From Caldilineaceae bacterium (GTDB taxonomy: Bacteria; Chloroflexota; Anaerolineae; Caldilineales; Caldilineaceae): a DNA stretch of 64,000 nucleotides. The notes under the pieces were generated by a model that had not been told where the DNA came from, ran no database searches, and saw nothing but the letters and a program-made list of their open reading frames with translations. The number at the start of each line of letters is the position of its first letter. Position 1 is the first letter of the stretch. Shown here one piece after another: positions 27,414-37,312 of the stretch. The position numbers and the translations under genes are program-made. The stretch is taken from positions 2,696,340 through 2,760,339 of the forward strand of contig OY759723.1 of NCBI GenBank assembly GCA_963662575.1, written 5' to 3'.

Positions 27414-28277
27414 TCAGTCAACCGGCACGCGATAGGACGTTTCTTCGATCTTGTCGTGGTCTGACGACCGCGCTCTCTCCATCGCACGCTCAGTAACCGG
27501 CAGATAGTAGTGCGTTTCGGCGTTCATCGAGATGAACCCCTCCGCGTAGGCAACACCGCCGGACATGCCGAATGCGCCGTCGCTGGTCTCGATGCGCTTG
27601 CGGGCGTAGGCCCCGCCATAGCCCTGGCTGACCAGACAGTCCAATGCAGCCAGCTTCTTGTCGACGACGTCGGTGATGTCGATAAAAACGTCGTTATAGT
27701 ATCCTCCCTCGGATTGCCAGACCTGGCGGGGAATCGAGGCCGCGCCGGTCCCAAAGAAGAAGACCTGGGCGGCCTTGTGAGGTGGATTCCTATCGCCGGG
27801 ATCCACGCCGGATGCGAGCGACAAGGCATGGAGAACGATCTGTCCGGCGACGGCATGGGCGTTTGTCAGGCCGTCGCCCTCCTTGGGGAAATGGGTCAAA
27901 ACCAGGTCCGGCTTCAGTTGGCGTAAGAGCCTGGCCAGACGCCTGACAGACTCGTCGGTGACGAGGAGAACGGCATCATCAGCGCCGAAAAAGTATACGT
28001 CTTCAACGCCCAACAGATTGCAAGCCTGGCGGGCCTCTTCCGCCTTGACATCGGAGCGCTCGGCCATCAGGGACTGGAGTTCATCGGCGGCAGGCACTTC
28101 GCTGCGGTGGTGCATCTCATCGCTGATGACCTTATCGTGGACGCGCGCGCCGTGTGTGAGGACGACACAGCCAACGTAGTCGCCGCGGGCGGCGTGATGG
28201 GCCATGGTCCCGCCGGACTGGTCGAAAATGTCGGCGGGATGGGCGCCGACGGATAGAATTCGTAGCGGTTCAGACAT
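27414..28277 (-). CDS. PIG-L/LmbE family N-acetylglucosaminyl deacetylase-like protein
   Basis: LRILSVGAHPADIFDQSGGTMAHH (AHPDD-type Zn motif); 287 aa; AGGAGG RBS. Confidence 0.8.
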   Translation of the reverse strand: MSEPLRILSVGAHPADIFDQSGGTMAHHAARGDYVGCVVLTHGARVHDKVISDEMHHRSEVPAADELQSLMAERSDVKAEEARQACNLLGVEDVYFFGADDAVLLVTDESVRRLARLLRQLKPDLVLTHFPKEGDGLTNAHAVAGQIVLHALSLASGVDPGDRNPPHKAAQVFFFGTGAASIPRQVWQSEGGYYNDVFIDITDVVDKKLAALDCLVSQGYGGAYARKRIETSDGAFGMSGGVAYAEGFISMNAETHYYLPVTERAMERARSSDHDKIEETSYRVPVD

Positions 28278-28398
28278 GGGTCATGCCTCCTGGTAGTTGT
28301 GGGAGCTCAGATCACCCTAAAGTATAGCTTACAAACCCACGAGGAGTGAGTGGACAAAAACAGGGGCAATTGAAATTCGCCTGGCCAGCGAATACGTT

Positions 28399-28416
28399 CG
28401 CACAGGCGCCTGTGCG
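28399..28416. promoter_or_regulatory. Perfect 18-bp palindrome CGCACAGGCGCCTGTGCG, 10 nt after the stop of 28427-30025 and upstream of the PIG-L gene
   Basis: Read directly; hairpin or operator. Confidence 0.3.
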
Positions 28417-28426
28417 AGGCCCGCGT

Positions 28427-30025
28427 TTACGACTCAACAGGGTCCTCGAAGTGGAATGAAAACAGTTCAGCGTCTCGCAGGAAGAAGCGCAGTTTGCGCC
28501 AGTAGGTTCTCTCGCCCGGCCCTCCCCATCGGGAGCCGACCCCCGCCGGGATGTCGGGATTTCCGGCCCACGTTACCGTGTGGGCCACGCTGTCGCCCGT
28601 GAACGGATCGCAGCGCTCCTTCAAGCAGGGCTCGAGTGGTTCGTCGTACCTGTCCGCCACCTCGACCCGCACCGAGCCGCCCGGCGCGCAACGGGCGTTG
28701 ATTATCAGTTTCGTACCCAGGCTGACTAGTTGGCGTGTCACAACAGTTCCCTCGCGATACCTGTTGGCGTACAACCCCGCGTACCCGTCCTTGCGCAGGG
28801 TCGCCAGTCCCAGACCGAACCGCGCATTCAACGGATCGCGCGCCTCCGGATGATCCAGCCTCTCACGCGCGCCGGACAGGAAGTAGTCATGATGATAATT
28901 GGTACCGCCGTGATAGAACCACAGTTCATCCTCCACCTCGATTGGCGGACTCACCAGCGAGACCATGTAGGCGTCCCAGTAGCCCTCGCCGCGCGGGGCC
29001 AGGAACGGCTGACGCTTGCCGGTCCGCTGCCAACGCAGCCCGTCACGGCTCATCAGCAGCTGGACCTCCATCTCGTTGTCAACCGCCTGGAACACGCCGA
29101 CCGTAGCCAGATGCATATTGCCCATCTTGTACTGCGACATGCCGTAGAACGAGTCGTCCAGGTTGTCCTCCTCGTCGTCGGCCGCCGCCACCAGGACCGG
29201 CTCGCTCCAGTGCAGAAAATCGTGGCTGCGGCACTGAAAGACCCGCCGCTGACTGTAGGAGGCGAAGTTGTGCGGCTCGTTGGTTATGGTGAAGGAGCGG
29301 CGATTCTGCGGATTGCGCATGTTGTTCGCGCCGGCCGCAACCATCATCACATGCCGCGTATTCTGCACGAACTCGCGCGCATATTCATCATAGAAGAGCG
29401 CCGACACGTCGTCGAGTTTGGATCCCAGCATTCCGATCGAGGGCAACTCGTCGTAGACGGTCCAATGAATGCCATCAGGCGAGCGCGCGCACCTGATGTT
29501 GTGAAAACTGGCAACCTCGTCGTTCCGCATATGCGAAAAGAGCGCGCGAAAGCGCTCATCCGGAGTGTCAGGATGGGGATCGAGGACGACGTTCATAGAG
29601 TGGACTTGCCCAAACTCGCTGTCCCCCAGAACAATGTTGGTCTTGTGGCCGTACAGTTCGTATGCATCCAGTTCCGGCTTCTGCCAGTGGATCCCGTCCT
29701 CGCTCTCGGCATAAAGCTGGCGCGAAAAGGTACCAAAGGGGTTGTTCGGGATCGGCTCGGGCGCGGGTTTGCCCGCCATGTCCTCATACCAGCACTTGAA
29801 GAGGCCATCCTGCGGATCGCGCAGCACACAGTAGTTTGAATAGGTAAAGTAGGGCACGTGCTCCCAGGGGCGATTCTTGCTGATAAGAGGTGTTTCCAGG
29901 CGGCGTTTGGGCCGGTGCCAGCGGCGCGTCACATCCTGCACAGATTCGATTATGACATTGTCCAGAAAAGTCTGTGTAAACTCTTTAACGAACAGATGAG
30001 TGCTGTCCCTGCTCAGATCGCGCAT
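28427..30025 (-). CDS. Hypothetical protein, possibly a beta-propeller glycoside-hydrolase-like enzyme (GH43/GH32/GH130-like)
   Basis: The long ORF has coding-like composition. Repeated W/Y-rich strand patterns (WYEDM, WTVYDE, LWFYHGG) are reminiscent of 5-bladed propeller hydrolases. No signal peptide. The family call is weak. Confidence 0.3.
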   Translation of the reverse strand: MRDLSRDSTHLFVKEFTQTFLDNVIIESVQDVTRRWHRPKRRLETPLISKNRPWEHVPYFTYSNYCVLRDPQDGLFKCWYEDMAGKPAPEPIPNNPFGTFSRQLYAESEDGIHWQKPELDAYELYGHKTNIVLGDSEFGQVHSMNVVLDPHPDTPDERFRALFSHMRNDEVASFHNIRCARSPDGIHWTVYDELPSIGMLGSKLDDVSALFYDEYAREFVQNTRHVMMVAAGANNMRNPQNRRSFTITNEPHNFASYSQRRVFQCRSHDFLHWSEPVLVAAADDEEDNLDDSFYGMSQYKMGNMHLATVGVFQAVDNEMEVQLLMSRDGLRWQRTGKRQPFLAPRGEGYWDAYMVSLVSPPIEVEDELWFYHGGTNYHHDYFLSGARERLDHPEARDPLNARFGLGLATLRKDGYAGLYANRYREGTVVTRQLVSLGTKLIINARCAPGGSVRVEVADRYDEPLEPCLKERCDPFTGDSVAHTVTWAGNPDIPAGVGSRWGGPGERTYWRKLRFFLRDAELFSFHFEDPVES

Positions 30026-30095
30026 GTCTTTTCTCCCCGGCCCTCGTCTACTTAACGGTTGAACTCAATATGTATGAATGATGGTACACCGCCAG

Positions 30096-32039
30096 TCAGA
30101 TCGCGTGGCCGATTCGCGCGCCATCAGTGGTGGCCTCGAAGATAAATCGGGAAGCGCTGGCAGCGCCGATTACATGCAATTCGTCAACCTTGCCTGCCAG
30201 CGCAGTGGCCAGCGGATTGTAGGGCTGGCTGCCGGCTGCAACAACAGTCTCGTCAAAGGGACCAATTTCCTGCTCGCCGCCGGTGTAAATGCTTCTGAGG
30301 GTCGCGATAGCCCCGTTCACCCGCGCCAAGTCGTGCCCGACTATGATGGTCACGCCGTGATCGGCCAGACGCTGGCAGAGCATGGCCGCGTCCCTTTCGC
30401 CCAGGTCAGCGCCGGCCCGGGCCATCGCCGCCACGAATGTGACCGCAACTCCCGCGCTGCTCAGATGGTCCGCAGCTACGAACGCCTGCGCATGCCCGTC
30501 GCGGTCGACGATCAGAACGCTTTTGCAGCTATCCGCTTTGCCTTCAAGCACTTCATGGACCGTCAGAGCATCTGCGTCGCTGCCGTGGATCCGCGCTCGG
30601 GTGGGCCCTGAGCCGGTCGCCAAAATCACCGCGTCTGGGTGCAGAGTCATTATGCTATCATGCGTTGCTTCGACACCTGTCCGAACTTCAAAACGACCGC
30701 TAGCGGCCTGACGCTGATAGTACTCTGCGATTGTCGAAAAGTTGCGGCGCAACGGCGCCGCGCCGGCCAGGTGGACCTGACCACCGACGCGATCCGCCTT
30801 TTCCAGGACAATCACCTTGTGGCCCCGCTCAGATGCGGTAATTGCCGCCTCCATGCCGGCCGGCCCCGCGCCCGCGATCACCACACGTCTACGGACCAGG
30901 GCCGGCGCAGGTGTCGCCCATTCCTTCTCGCGGCCGGTCACCGGGTTGTAGATGCAACCGACCGGACCTTCGCCGCCGTCACAACAGAACTGACACCGAA
31001 TGCAGAGACGAATCTCACCGCGCCGGCCGTCACGCAGCTTGTTCACAAAATGGGCATCGGCAAAATGACCCTTGGTAATGCCCACGACGTCCAGACAGCC
31101 CTCCGCCAGCGCAGCCTCAGCCACCTCCGGCGTAACGATGCCGCCGGCATGAAATACAGGCAGATCGATCGCGCGGCGTACGCGGGCCACCCGCTCAAGC
31201 TGCGCCGCTTCCGCCATATACATTGACCCGGTATGGTGAACCGCCCCGCCGACGGTGAGGCTCACATAGTCGATCAGTCCTTTGGCCTTCAGATGTTCGA
31301 TCAGGCGAACGCAGTCCTGTTCGTCATAGCCATCCGGGTGCATGTCGTGAGCCTTCAAGCGCACACCGACGACAAAGTCGTTGCCCACAGCCTGCCGCAT
31401 CGCCGTCAGCGAATCAACGAGCAGACGCGCGCGACTGGCGAAGTTGCCGCCATAGGCGTCGTCGCGTGGGTTACTAGCCGGGCTGAGGAACTGCGAGAGC
31501 AGATGATGCTGATGTGCATGCAGCTCCACGCCATCGGCGCCGCCGGCCCGCGCCCGCCAGGCCGCCCGACCGCAACACGCGACAAGGTCCTCGAGTTCCT
31601 CCTCCGACCAGGAGGCGACATGCTCCGACGCCGGAATGGGCGGACTGATAACGCTCGGCACCACGCGCGCAGCCGGCGCGGTCGGCATCGGCTCGCAAAA
31701 TTCAGACAGATGTACCTGGGCGCCGCGGGGACAAAACTGGGCGATGAACTTCGCGCCGTGACGGTGTACCGCTTGCGTCAGCGTGCGGTAGGAGGCGATG
31801 AAACGATCGTCAAGATTCTGGAAGTAGGCCGGATGATCACCTTCTCGCACCGCGGTCGCGCCCAGCGTCACCAATGCGATGCCGCCCTTGGCGCGCTCCT
31901 CGAAATAGGCCCGGCAGCTGTCGTTGGGCACGCCGTTGTGGTGCATCCACGACGCCATGTGGCCGGTACTGCATATGCGGTTTCGCAGCGTCATCCCCTT
32001 GATTGTCAACTGCGAAAAAATATGGGGGTAGTCTGTCAT
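30096..32039 (-). CDS. NADH:flavin oxidoreductase of the 2,4-dienoyl-CoA reductase type (OYE FMN domain + 4Fe-4S + FAD/NAD(P) domain)
   Basis: N-terminal LTIKGMTLRNRICSTGH, Cys cluster CIRCQFCCDGG...GC, and dinucleotide motif VVIAGAGPAGMEAA. Confidence 0.85.
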   Translation of the reverse strand: MTDYPHIFSQLTIKGMTLRNRICSTGHMASWMHHNGVPNDSCRAYFEERAKGGIALVTLGATAVREGDHPAYFQNLDDRFIASYRTLTQAVHRHGAKFIAQFCPRGAQVHLSEFCEPMPTAPAARVVPSVISPPIPASEHVASWSEEELEDLVACCGRAAWRARAGGADGVELHAHQHHLLSQFLSPASNPRDDAYGGNFASRARLLVDSLTAMRQAVGNDFVVGVRLKAHDMHPDGYDEQDCVRLIEHLKAKGLIDYVSLTVGGAVHHTGSMYMAEAAQLERVARVRRAIDLPVFHAGGIVTPEVAEAALAEGCLDVVGITKGHFADAHFVNKLRDGRRGEIRLCIRCQFCCDGGEGPVGCIYNPVTGREKEWATPAPALVRRRVVIAGAGPAGMEAAITASERGHKVIVLEKADRVGGQVHLAGAAPLRRNFSTIAEYYQRQAASGRFEVRTGVEATHDSIMTLHPDAVILATGSGPTRARIHGSDADALTVHEVLEGKADSCKSVLIVDRDGHAQAFVAADHLSSAGVAVTFVAAMARAGADLGERDAAMLCQRLADHGVTIIVGHDLARVNGAIATLRSIYTGGEQEIGPFDETVVAAGSQPYNPLATALAGKVDELHVIGAASASRFIFEATTDGARIGHAI

Positions 32040-32082
32040 AAGTCAGTGGGAGTTGCCCTTATCTGCGGCTGAAATGAAATCC

Positions 32083-33699
32083 TCAGTGCCACGCCAGTTC
32101 CCGGAAGTTGTGTACACGATGAAAAGTGGCGAGGTCGGCGTCATGATAGTTCCCTGAATTCCTGCCGGTGCGCGAAAGAATCGCCAGGTCGTCGCCGTCA
32201 ACGACCATGGACGGATACATAAACGATTGACTCGAAGTGGGAGCGATGGCAACGCAGCCGACAGGCAGCCAGTTCAATCCGTCTATGCCGCAATACAGCA
32301 TCAGGAAGCGTCTCTCCGCGTTAGGGCCGCCATCCAGCATCTGCGGCTCAGCGCTCGAAATTAAGTTGCTGGTCATCCAGAACAGCCGCGTTAGTTCGTC
32401 ATAGACGATACAGAACTTGGACTGTCCACCCGGCCAGGGATAGTGCTGGTCGAACCGCAGTTTCAGATTGGTACCGTCGTCCTCAAGGTCGTAGAGCGCG
32501 GCGATGCCTGGCGTGGTGCCTGTATGCTTTGGGTTGACGCGGCAGGCGATCCTGAGATGGCCGTCCACGTCCATGACATTCCCTTCAAGATTCCAGTCGT
32601 CAAACAGGTCCGGCTGGTGATGGTCATGCGCGGTTCTGAACTGCAGAGCCGTCTGTGTTGCCGGAATGACCTGGGACACACGCCATGCGCTTGGGTCCCG
32701 CAGGTTTCTTGAGAGGTCGGCGGCGATCGCAACCGTGGCTTTGTGCTTTTGGTCGAGAACCCAATACAACTGTCCATCTCTGATCACCATGTTCGTCTGG
32801 CAGTTCCAGAAGGCCCCCTCCAATACCATAGCGGGATCGGACCAGGTTTCGCCCTCATCGTCGCTGCGCATGAAATAGACGTCCTGGTGCTGACGGGGCT
32901 GGGTAAACATATAAAGTTTGTCTTCGACGACAAACGGTGTTCCTTCGGCGAGCGGCAGGTCAGGCAAACTTTGCCAGCTTCTGCCGCCGTCAACGCTGCG
33001 CGACATCATCAGGTGATCCGGTCCGACGCCACGTTGCCAGCACGGGGCGGCGACCAGAAAGTGGCCGTTGGGCAGCCGGGCCATGCCTGGGTCGTGGATA
33101 AAGTACTTCACATGATCGGGAACTTGGGCTGCGATGGTGTAGTTCTGGGCCAAGGGAGGTGAGAAGGGATTTCGGACGCGCTGGCGCGCAGAGGAACTAT
33201 CGCCGCCACCATACCCGGCATCGTCGCCGGTCTTGCCGGCCGGCGAAGGGGCCGCGGCGACAAGTACGCACCAGGGCGCGTCCGAAGTGAGGTCCAGTCC
33301 TGGCGAACCGATGTCGATGCGTTCACCCGCCCGCATTCGTTTCTGATAGACCGCGCAGTCAAGCGCCGTGCCGTCGCACACTACGCGGAATGCCGAAACA
33401 ATCGCCTGCCGGAAGCCCATGCGTTCGAGCTGCTCGGCCCGGCTCTGCCTACCTTGTCCTCGTGCAGGGGTAATGGCGTAGGCGACTCCTGCCTGGCGGC
33501 AGATTTTGCGTGTGCCGAAGAAACTCGAGCGAATAAAGCTCCGGCCCGCCAGCGCCTCCGGCAGCTCGGCCAAGGTATGATTCATATCCAGAAAAAGGCG
33601 CGCCCCTTTGGCCAGTGTATCGGTTTCCCATTCAAGCGGCTCAAGCACGGCTAGCGCGCCGTCTACAAGCGCCTCTGCACCGTGGTCGAAACGCGTCAC
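32083..33699 (-). CDS. BNR-repeat (sialidase-superfamily) beta-propeller protein with a ~190-aa N-terminal extra domain
   Basis: BNR motifs SVDGGRSW and SDDEGETW. GTG start without a clear RBS, so the start is uncertain. No signal peptide. Confidence 0.65.
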   Translation of the reverse strand: MTRFDHGAEALVDGALAVLEPLEWETDTLAKGARLFLDMNHTLAELPEALAGRSFIRSSFFGTRKICRQAGVAYAITPARGQGRQSRAEQLERMGFRQAIVSAFRVVCDGTALDCAVYQKRMRAGERIDIGSPGLDLTSDAPWCVLVAAAPSPAGKTGDDAGYGGGDSSSARQRVRNPFSPPLAQNYTIAAQVPDHVKYFIHDPGMARLPNGHFLVAAPCWQRGVGPDHLMMSRSVDGGRSWQSLPDLPLAEGTPFVVEDKLYMFTQPRQHQDVYFMRSDDEGETWSDPAMVLEGAFWNCQTNMVIRDGQLYWVLDQKHKATVAIAADLSRNLRDPSAWRVSQVIPATQTALQFRTAHDHHQPDLFDDWNLEGNVMDVDGHLRIACRVNPKHTGTTPGIAALYDLEDDGTNLKLRFDQHYPWPGGQSKFCIVYDELTRLFWMTSNLISSAEPQMLDGGPNAERRFLMLYCGIDGLNWLPVGCVAIAPTSSQSFMYPSMVVDGDDLAILSRTGRNSGNYHDADLATFHRVHNFRELAWH

Positions 33700-33774
33700 T
33701 GTTGAGTTCGTGATGGTTCCCTCCTAGAGAAGGGGACTGTGGCCCGATTCAGACGCTACATCTTCCTCAAGAGT

Positions 33775-35301
33775 CTAGATCGGCCAGATTGCGTCCATCT
33801 GCCATGCCTCCAGAGATTGAAGGGTCGCGTTGCCCCCCAACGAGAAAATCTGAACGCCCAGGCTGTCAGGCCGCGCCGGATATATGCGCTTGCCCAGGTA
33901 CTGACCGCCATCCGTAAAGACCTCGACCACGCTGCGGTCAACGAAGACGCGCAACTCGATCGGCTTGTCGTAGGAGTGCCTGACGATACAACGCTGCGAC
34001 TCACGATTCTTGACCGCCTGACTGACACTCGAACGGGTAACGTCCAGGACCAGCATTCTGTCAGGACTCAGCTTGTCCGGTGGCTGCGTTGAATCATTGG
34101 GGTTGACGTTGAAGCGGATCATCGTTTGCTCAGCGCCGTCGGGCGAACAGCAAACGCTCAGGCCGAACTCCTCTGCGCTTTCCCAACTGAAGAGAGCCCG
34201 GATCTCCAAACGGTTACCGCGCACGCGGTCAAGCGTGATCGTCGAATCTCCCGCCAAGTGGATGTTGGAAAATGTGACAGGATTGCGGCGCAGCGCCTCC
34301 AGTTCCTCTACCGGGTTCAGGAGCAGGTCGCCCTGCTCACCCATGGTTAGCGCCATCGGCAGGGACATGATCCCCGACCAGCCCGATGCCCGCTGGATGT
34401 AACCGAATCGCCCCTCGGACAGCCTGCCAAAGAGAACGCGGCGGCCGTTGCCGTCCAGAAGCGTCTGGCACTCATTCAGGATGCCTGTCCTGTTGGAGAA
34501 ATTCGTCTCGCCATAGGCCTGTCGCCCGTGCCGCGTGGGAGTAAATCTCTGGTTCGCGTAGGTTCCCGTATAGTATTGCGGCCCGCGACGATGGCTGGCG
34601 AAGAGCAGGACATGCCTGTCAGCCAACGGAAAAAAGTCCGGGACAGCACAATCCTCACCGATTTCAGTGTGCTCGCCGCCTTCATAGAGCGTATGCAGAT
34701 ATTCCCAGTGCACCAGATCTTTCGACCTGAACAGGAAGGCCCTGTCCGGCTCGAGACCGTCGAATGCTTCCTGGCTGCTGTTTCCCGTAAGCGCGTAATA
34801 GGTGTCGCCTTCGATCCACGCGCAGGGGGCGCCGTCCACCTTGTAATCGTCGCCAGGCACCGGCGACGGGATAACCGGGTTCGCTGGATGCTTCTCCCAC
34901 TCGACCAGCAGCTCATCTTGGCTGGTAGCGATACAGATCCCACCCCGCACGCCGTGATAGATGATGGTAGGCACGCCATCCATGTTGACAAAGGCCGTGC
35001 CGCTGTAGCAGCCGTCCCGGTCGAAGGGGTCCACCGGCGCGAGCGCGATCGGGAGGTCCTGCCAGTGCACCAGATCCTCGCTGACCGCGTGCCCCCAGTG
35101 TATGGTTCCCGTTGCCCCGCCGTGGTAAGCGCCGTAGGGGTTATTCTGGTAGAACAGGTGATACCGGCCCTTCCAGAAGATAGTCCCGTTCGGGTCATTC
35201 AGCCAGTTGTGCGGGGCCAGGAAGTGGTAGGCCGGGCGATACGGGTCGGACGCAAGTTTCAGGCGGTTCAGGTCCGCGGCGCCCGCGTCTGTTTCGATCA
35301 T
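33775..35301 (-). CDS. Glycoside hydrolase family 32 (beta-fructofuranosidase / levanase / sucrose-6-P hydrolase type)
   Basis: RPAYHFLAPHNWLNDPNG...GRYHLFYQ catalytic-nucleophile block and a C-terminal beta-sandwich region. No signal peptide. Confidence 0.85.
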   Translation of the reverse strand: MIETDAGAADLNRLKLASDPYRPAYHFLAPHNWLNDPNGTIFWKGRYHLFYQNNPYGAYHGGATGTIHWGHAVSEDLVHWQDLPIALAPVDPFDRDGCYSGTAFVNMDGVPTIIYHGVRGGICIATSQDELLVEWEKHPANPVIPSPVPGDDYKVDGAPCAWIEGDTYYALTGNSSQEAFDGLEPDRAFLFRSKDLVHWEYLHTLYEGGEHTEIGEDCAVPDFFPLADRHVLLFASHRRGPQYYTGTYANQRFTPTRHGRQAYGETNFSNRTGILNECQTLLDGNGRRVLFGRLSEGRFGYIQRASGWSGIMSLPMALTMGEQGDLLLNPVEELEALRRNPVTFSNIHLAGDSTITLDRVRGNRLEIRALFSWESAEEFGLSVCCSPDGAEQTMIRFNVNPNDSTQPPDKLSPDRMLVLDVTRSSVSQAVKNRESQRCIVRHSYDKPIELRVFVDRSVVEVFTDGGQYLGKRIYPARPDSLGVQIFSLGGNATLQSLEAWQMDAIWPI

Positions 35302-35378
35302 CTGCCCACCTCTCTTGGCGGCTGGGATTGCGGCTGAATCCAGAGGATGGAACGCTTAGCCGCAGTCAAGGGTTGTTG

Positions 35379-35415
35379 AAAAAGTTGCGAGCACCCCCGT
35401 TGGAGTGCTCGCAAC
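35379..35415 (-). terminator. Rho-independent terminator after the importer-3 SBP gene
   Basis: On the minus strand an 11-bp perfect stem GTTGCGAGCAC/GTGCTCGCAAC with a 10-nt loop is followed directly by TTTTT. It lies 42 nt after the stop at 35458. Confidence 0.75.
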
Positions 35416-35457
35416 GAGCTATTCCAGCATTCCAGAGTCGAACCTGGACGAAATCGT

Positions 35458-37197
35458 CTACTGTGAATCAGCATCCGGATCCCAGAGCCACCAGTTGGCG
35501 ATATCGACCAGCTGCGGCACGATGTACACACTGACATCGAGGTCAAGGTCTACACCCTGAAGGCGTTTGCTCTTGAGGGCGATCCACGACTCACCGATGA
35601 GTTGCGGTATGAAGACCTCCTCATTCAGGATGCAGTCCAGTTCCTGGAAGTAAGGCGTCTGTGCCTCGATGTCTGTCTCAGCGAAGATGTTGGCCCAGAG
35701 CTCCTTTGCCTTGTCCGCATTCAGGCTGTACTCACTCCAGTGATAGTCCCGTTCTACGTCCAGCGGCCAGTAGCCCAGATCGACCGTACCAACCATATAC
35801 GGCTCGAGGACATAGGGATTGGTGCCCGGGCCCCAGTTGGCGATGGCGAAGTCGAACTCGGTGCCGCGCGGCCCTTTGCCATTACGGTAGTCGGCCCAGG
35901 AGGCCGCGTCGATGAGATCGACGTTGGTCTTGAAACCGAGCTGGGTGTAGGCCTCATGCAGCATGACGGCGTAGTCGACGCGCATCTTGTTGCCTGGATA
36001 GACAGTCAGCTCAAGCTGGTATTCGGCGCGTTTGTCCGCGGTCATGCCGATTTCGTCGAGCAGCGCTTTCGCCTTGTCCAGGTCGTATTCAAACTCGATC
36101 AAGGTGGGGCACTCGAACCGCGTTCCGTGGAACCAGCTGTGGCGCACCACGCCAAAGCCCTGCATCACGTTGTCCACGAAGCCCTGCCGGTCGGCAGCGT
36201 ACAACAGCGCCTGCTTGGCCTTCGGGTTTTGCCACAAGCCATCGCCGGCATGCCAGTTCGGCGTCTGAATCCAGAAGCCCATCACGTTGTCGGCTACCAG
36301 TACATCGATGTCGGGATTGTCCATCATCCGCACAGCCTCTTCAGGGGGCGCTTCCCACACGATGTCGAGTTCGCCCTTTTCCAGCATGATGATCGCCGTC
36401 TCTACCGGCGCGAACTTCACGAAGACACGCTCGGGGCCGGGCTGTCCGCCCCAGTAGTCATCGAAACGCGCATATTCGACATACTGACCAGGCACATGCT
36501 CCACGAACTGGTAAGGACCGGTGCCGATCGGCCCTGTGACCCAGTAGTCGCTCGTGCCCGCAACCAGTTCGTCGCGGTCAAGCGTTTCAAGAGCATGCTT
36601 GGGCATCATCGGATGTTCGACATAGCCCAAAAACCCGGGAAAGAAGCTGGGATCCTGCTCAGTCAGCACGAACTCAACCGTGTAATCGTCAACGATGCGA
36701 ATGCCGGTAATCTCATCGGCGCCCTCTTCCCCCTGCTTGTAGGCGAACAGCCCTTCAACCCGCTCCGCTTCGGCCTTCAGCGCCTCCGGCGGCAGGATGC
36801 CGGGATCATACTTCAGTTCGAAGGAGTACTTGACGTCCTCGGCGGTGAAATCCTCGCCGTCATGGAATTTTACGCCCTCCCGCAGATGCACCGTGTAGAT
36901 CAGCCCATCGTCGGATACGTCATAGCCGGTGGCGAGGACGGGGATAAAGCTGCCTGTGGTGGTAAAGAAGAGCTCCTCCCACATCCACGTTGTCACCTCG
37001 TCCCTCTTGATATGGTGGAACCAGTCCTTGCTTCCATCCCAGGAAGGCTGCCAGAAGTTGAGCGTGCCGCCGTACTGTCTCTCTGTAGGCGGTTCCTGCA
37101 TGGTGGTGGCGGCCGGGGCCGTATCCACCGGTGCGCAGCCGGTAAGCAGCAGAGCCGCTACGATTAGCATATTTACTGCAAGTAGTAGCCGTTTCAT
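35458..37197 (-). CDS. ABC transporter substrate-binding lipoprotein, family 5, importer 3
   Basis: MKRLLLAVNMLIVAALLLTGC lipoprotein signal. ATG at 37197 follows GGAGGAG; the longer ORF start at 37254 was rejected. Confidence 0.85.
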   Translation of the reverse strand: MKRLLLAVNMLIVAALLLTGCAPVDTAPAATTMQEPPTERQYGGTLNFWQPSWDGSKDWFHHIKRDEVTTWMWEELFFTTTGSFIPVLATGYDVSDDGLIYTVHLREGVKFHDGEDFTAEDVKYSFELKYDPGILPPEALKAEAERVEGLFAYKQGEEGADEITGIRIVDDYTVEFVLTEQDPSFFPGFLGYVEHPMMPKHALETLDRDELVAGTSDYWVTGPIGTGPYQFVEHVPGQYVEYARFDDYWGGQPGPERVFVKFAPVETAIIMLEKGELDIVWEAPPEEAVRMMDNPDIDVLVADNVMGFWIQTPNWHAGDGLWQNPKAKQALLYAADRQGFVDNVMQGFGVVRHSWFHGTRFECPTLIEFEYDLDKAKALLDEIGMTADKRAEYQLELTVYPGNKMRVDYAVMLHEAYTQLGFKTNVDLIDAASWADYRNGKGPRGTEFDFAIANWGPGTNPYVLEPYMVGTVDLGYWPLDVERDYHWSEYSLNADKAKELWANIFAETDIEAQTPYFQELDCILNEEVFIPQLIGESWIALKSKRLQGVDLDLDVSVYIVPQLVDIANWWLWDPDADSQ

Positions 37198-37312
37198 CGT
37201 TTTCTCCTCCAGTCCTGACGTGAGCCGGTGCGGCTCGTTTGTGTTGTCTGACATTCTTCGAGAAAGCTGAACGACCAGAGTTCTCGCACCTCCTTTCGGC
37301 TATGACTAAAGT

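Noticed and set aside
35602-37167. 521-aa plus-strand ORF antisense to the importer-3 SBP gene (similar cases: 22255-23409, 61063-62229, 28730-29839, 57962-59056, 12492-13430, 3673-4764)
   Set aside because: All are antisense to genes with clear signal peptides or family motifs. They lack RBS/start context and have low-complexity, Arg/Val/Gly-rich translations.
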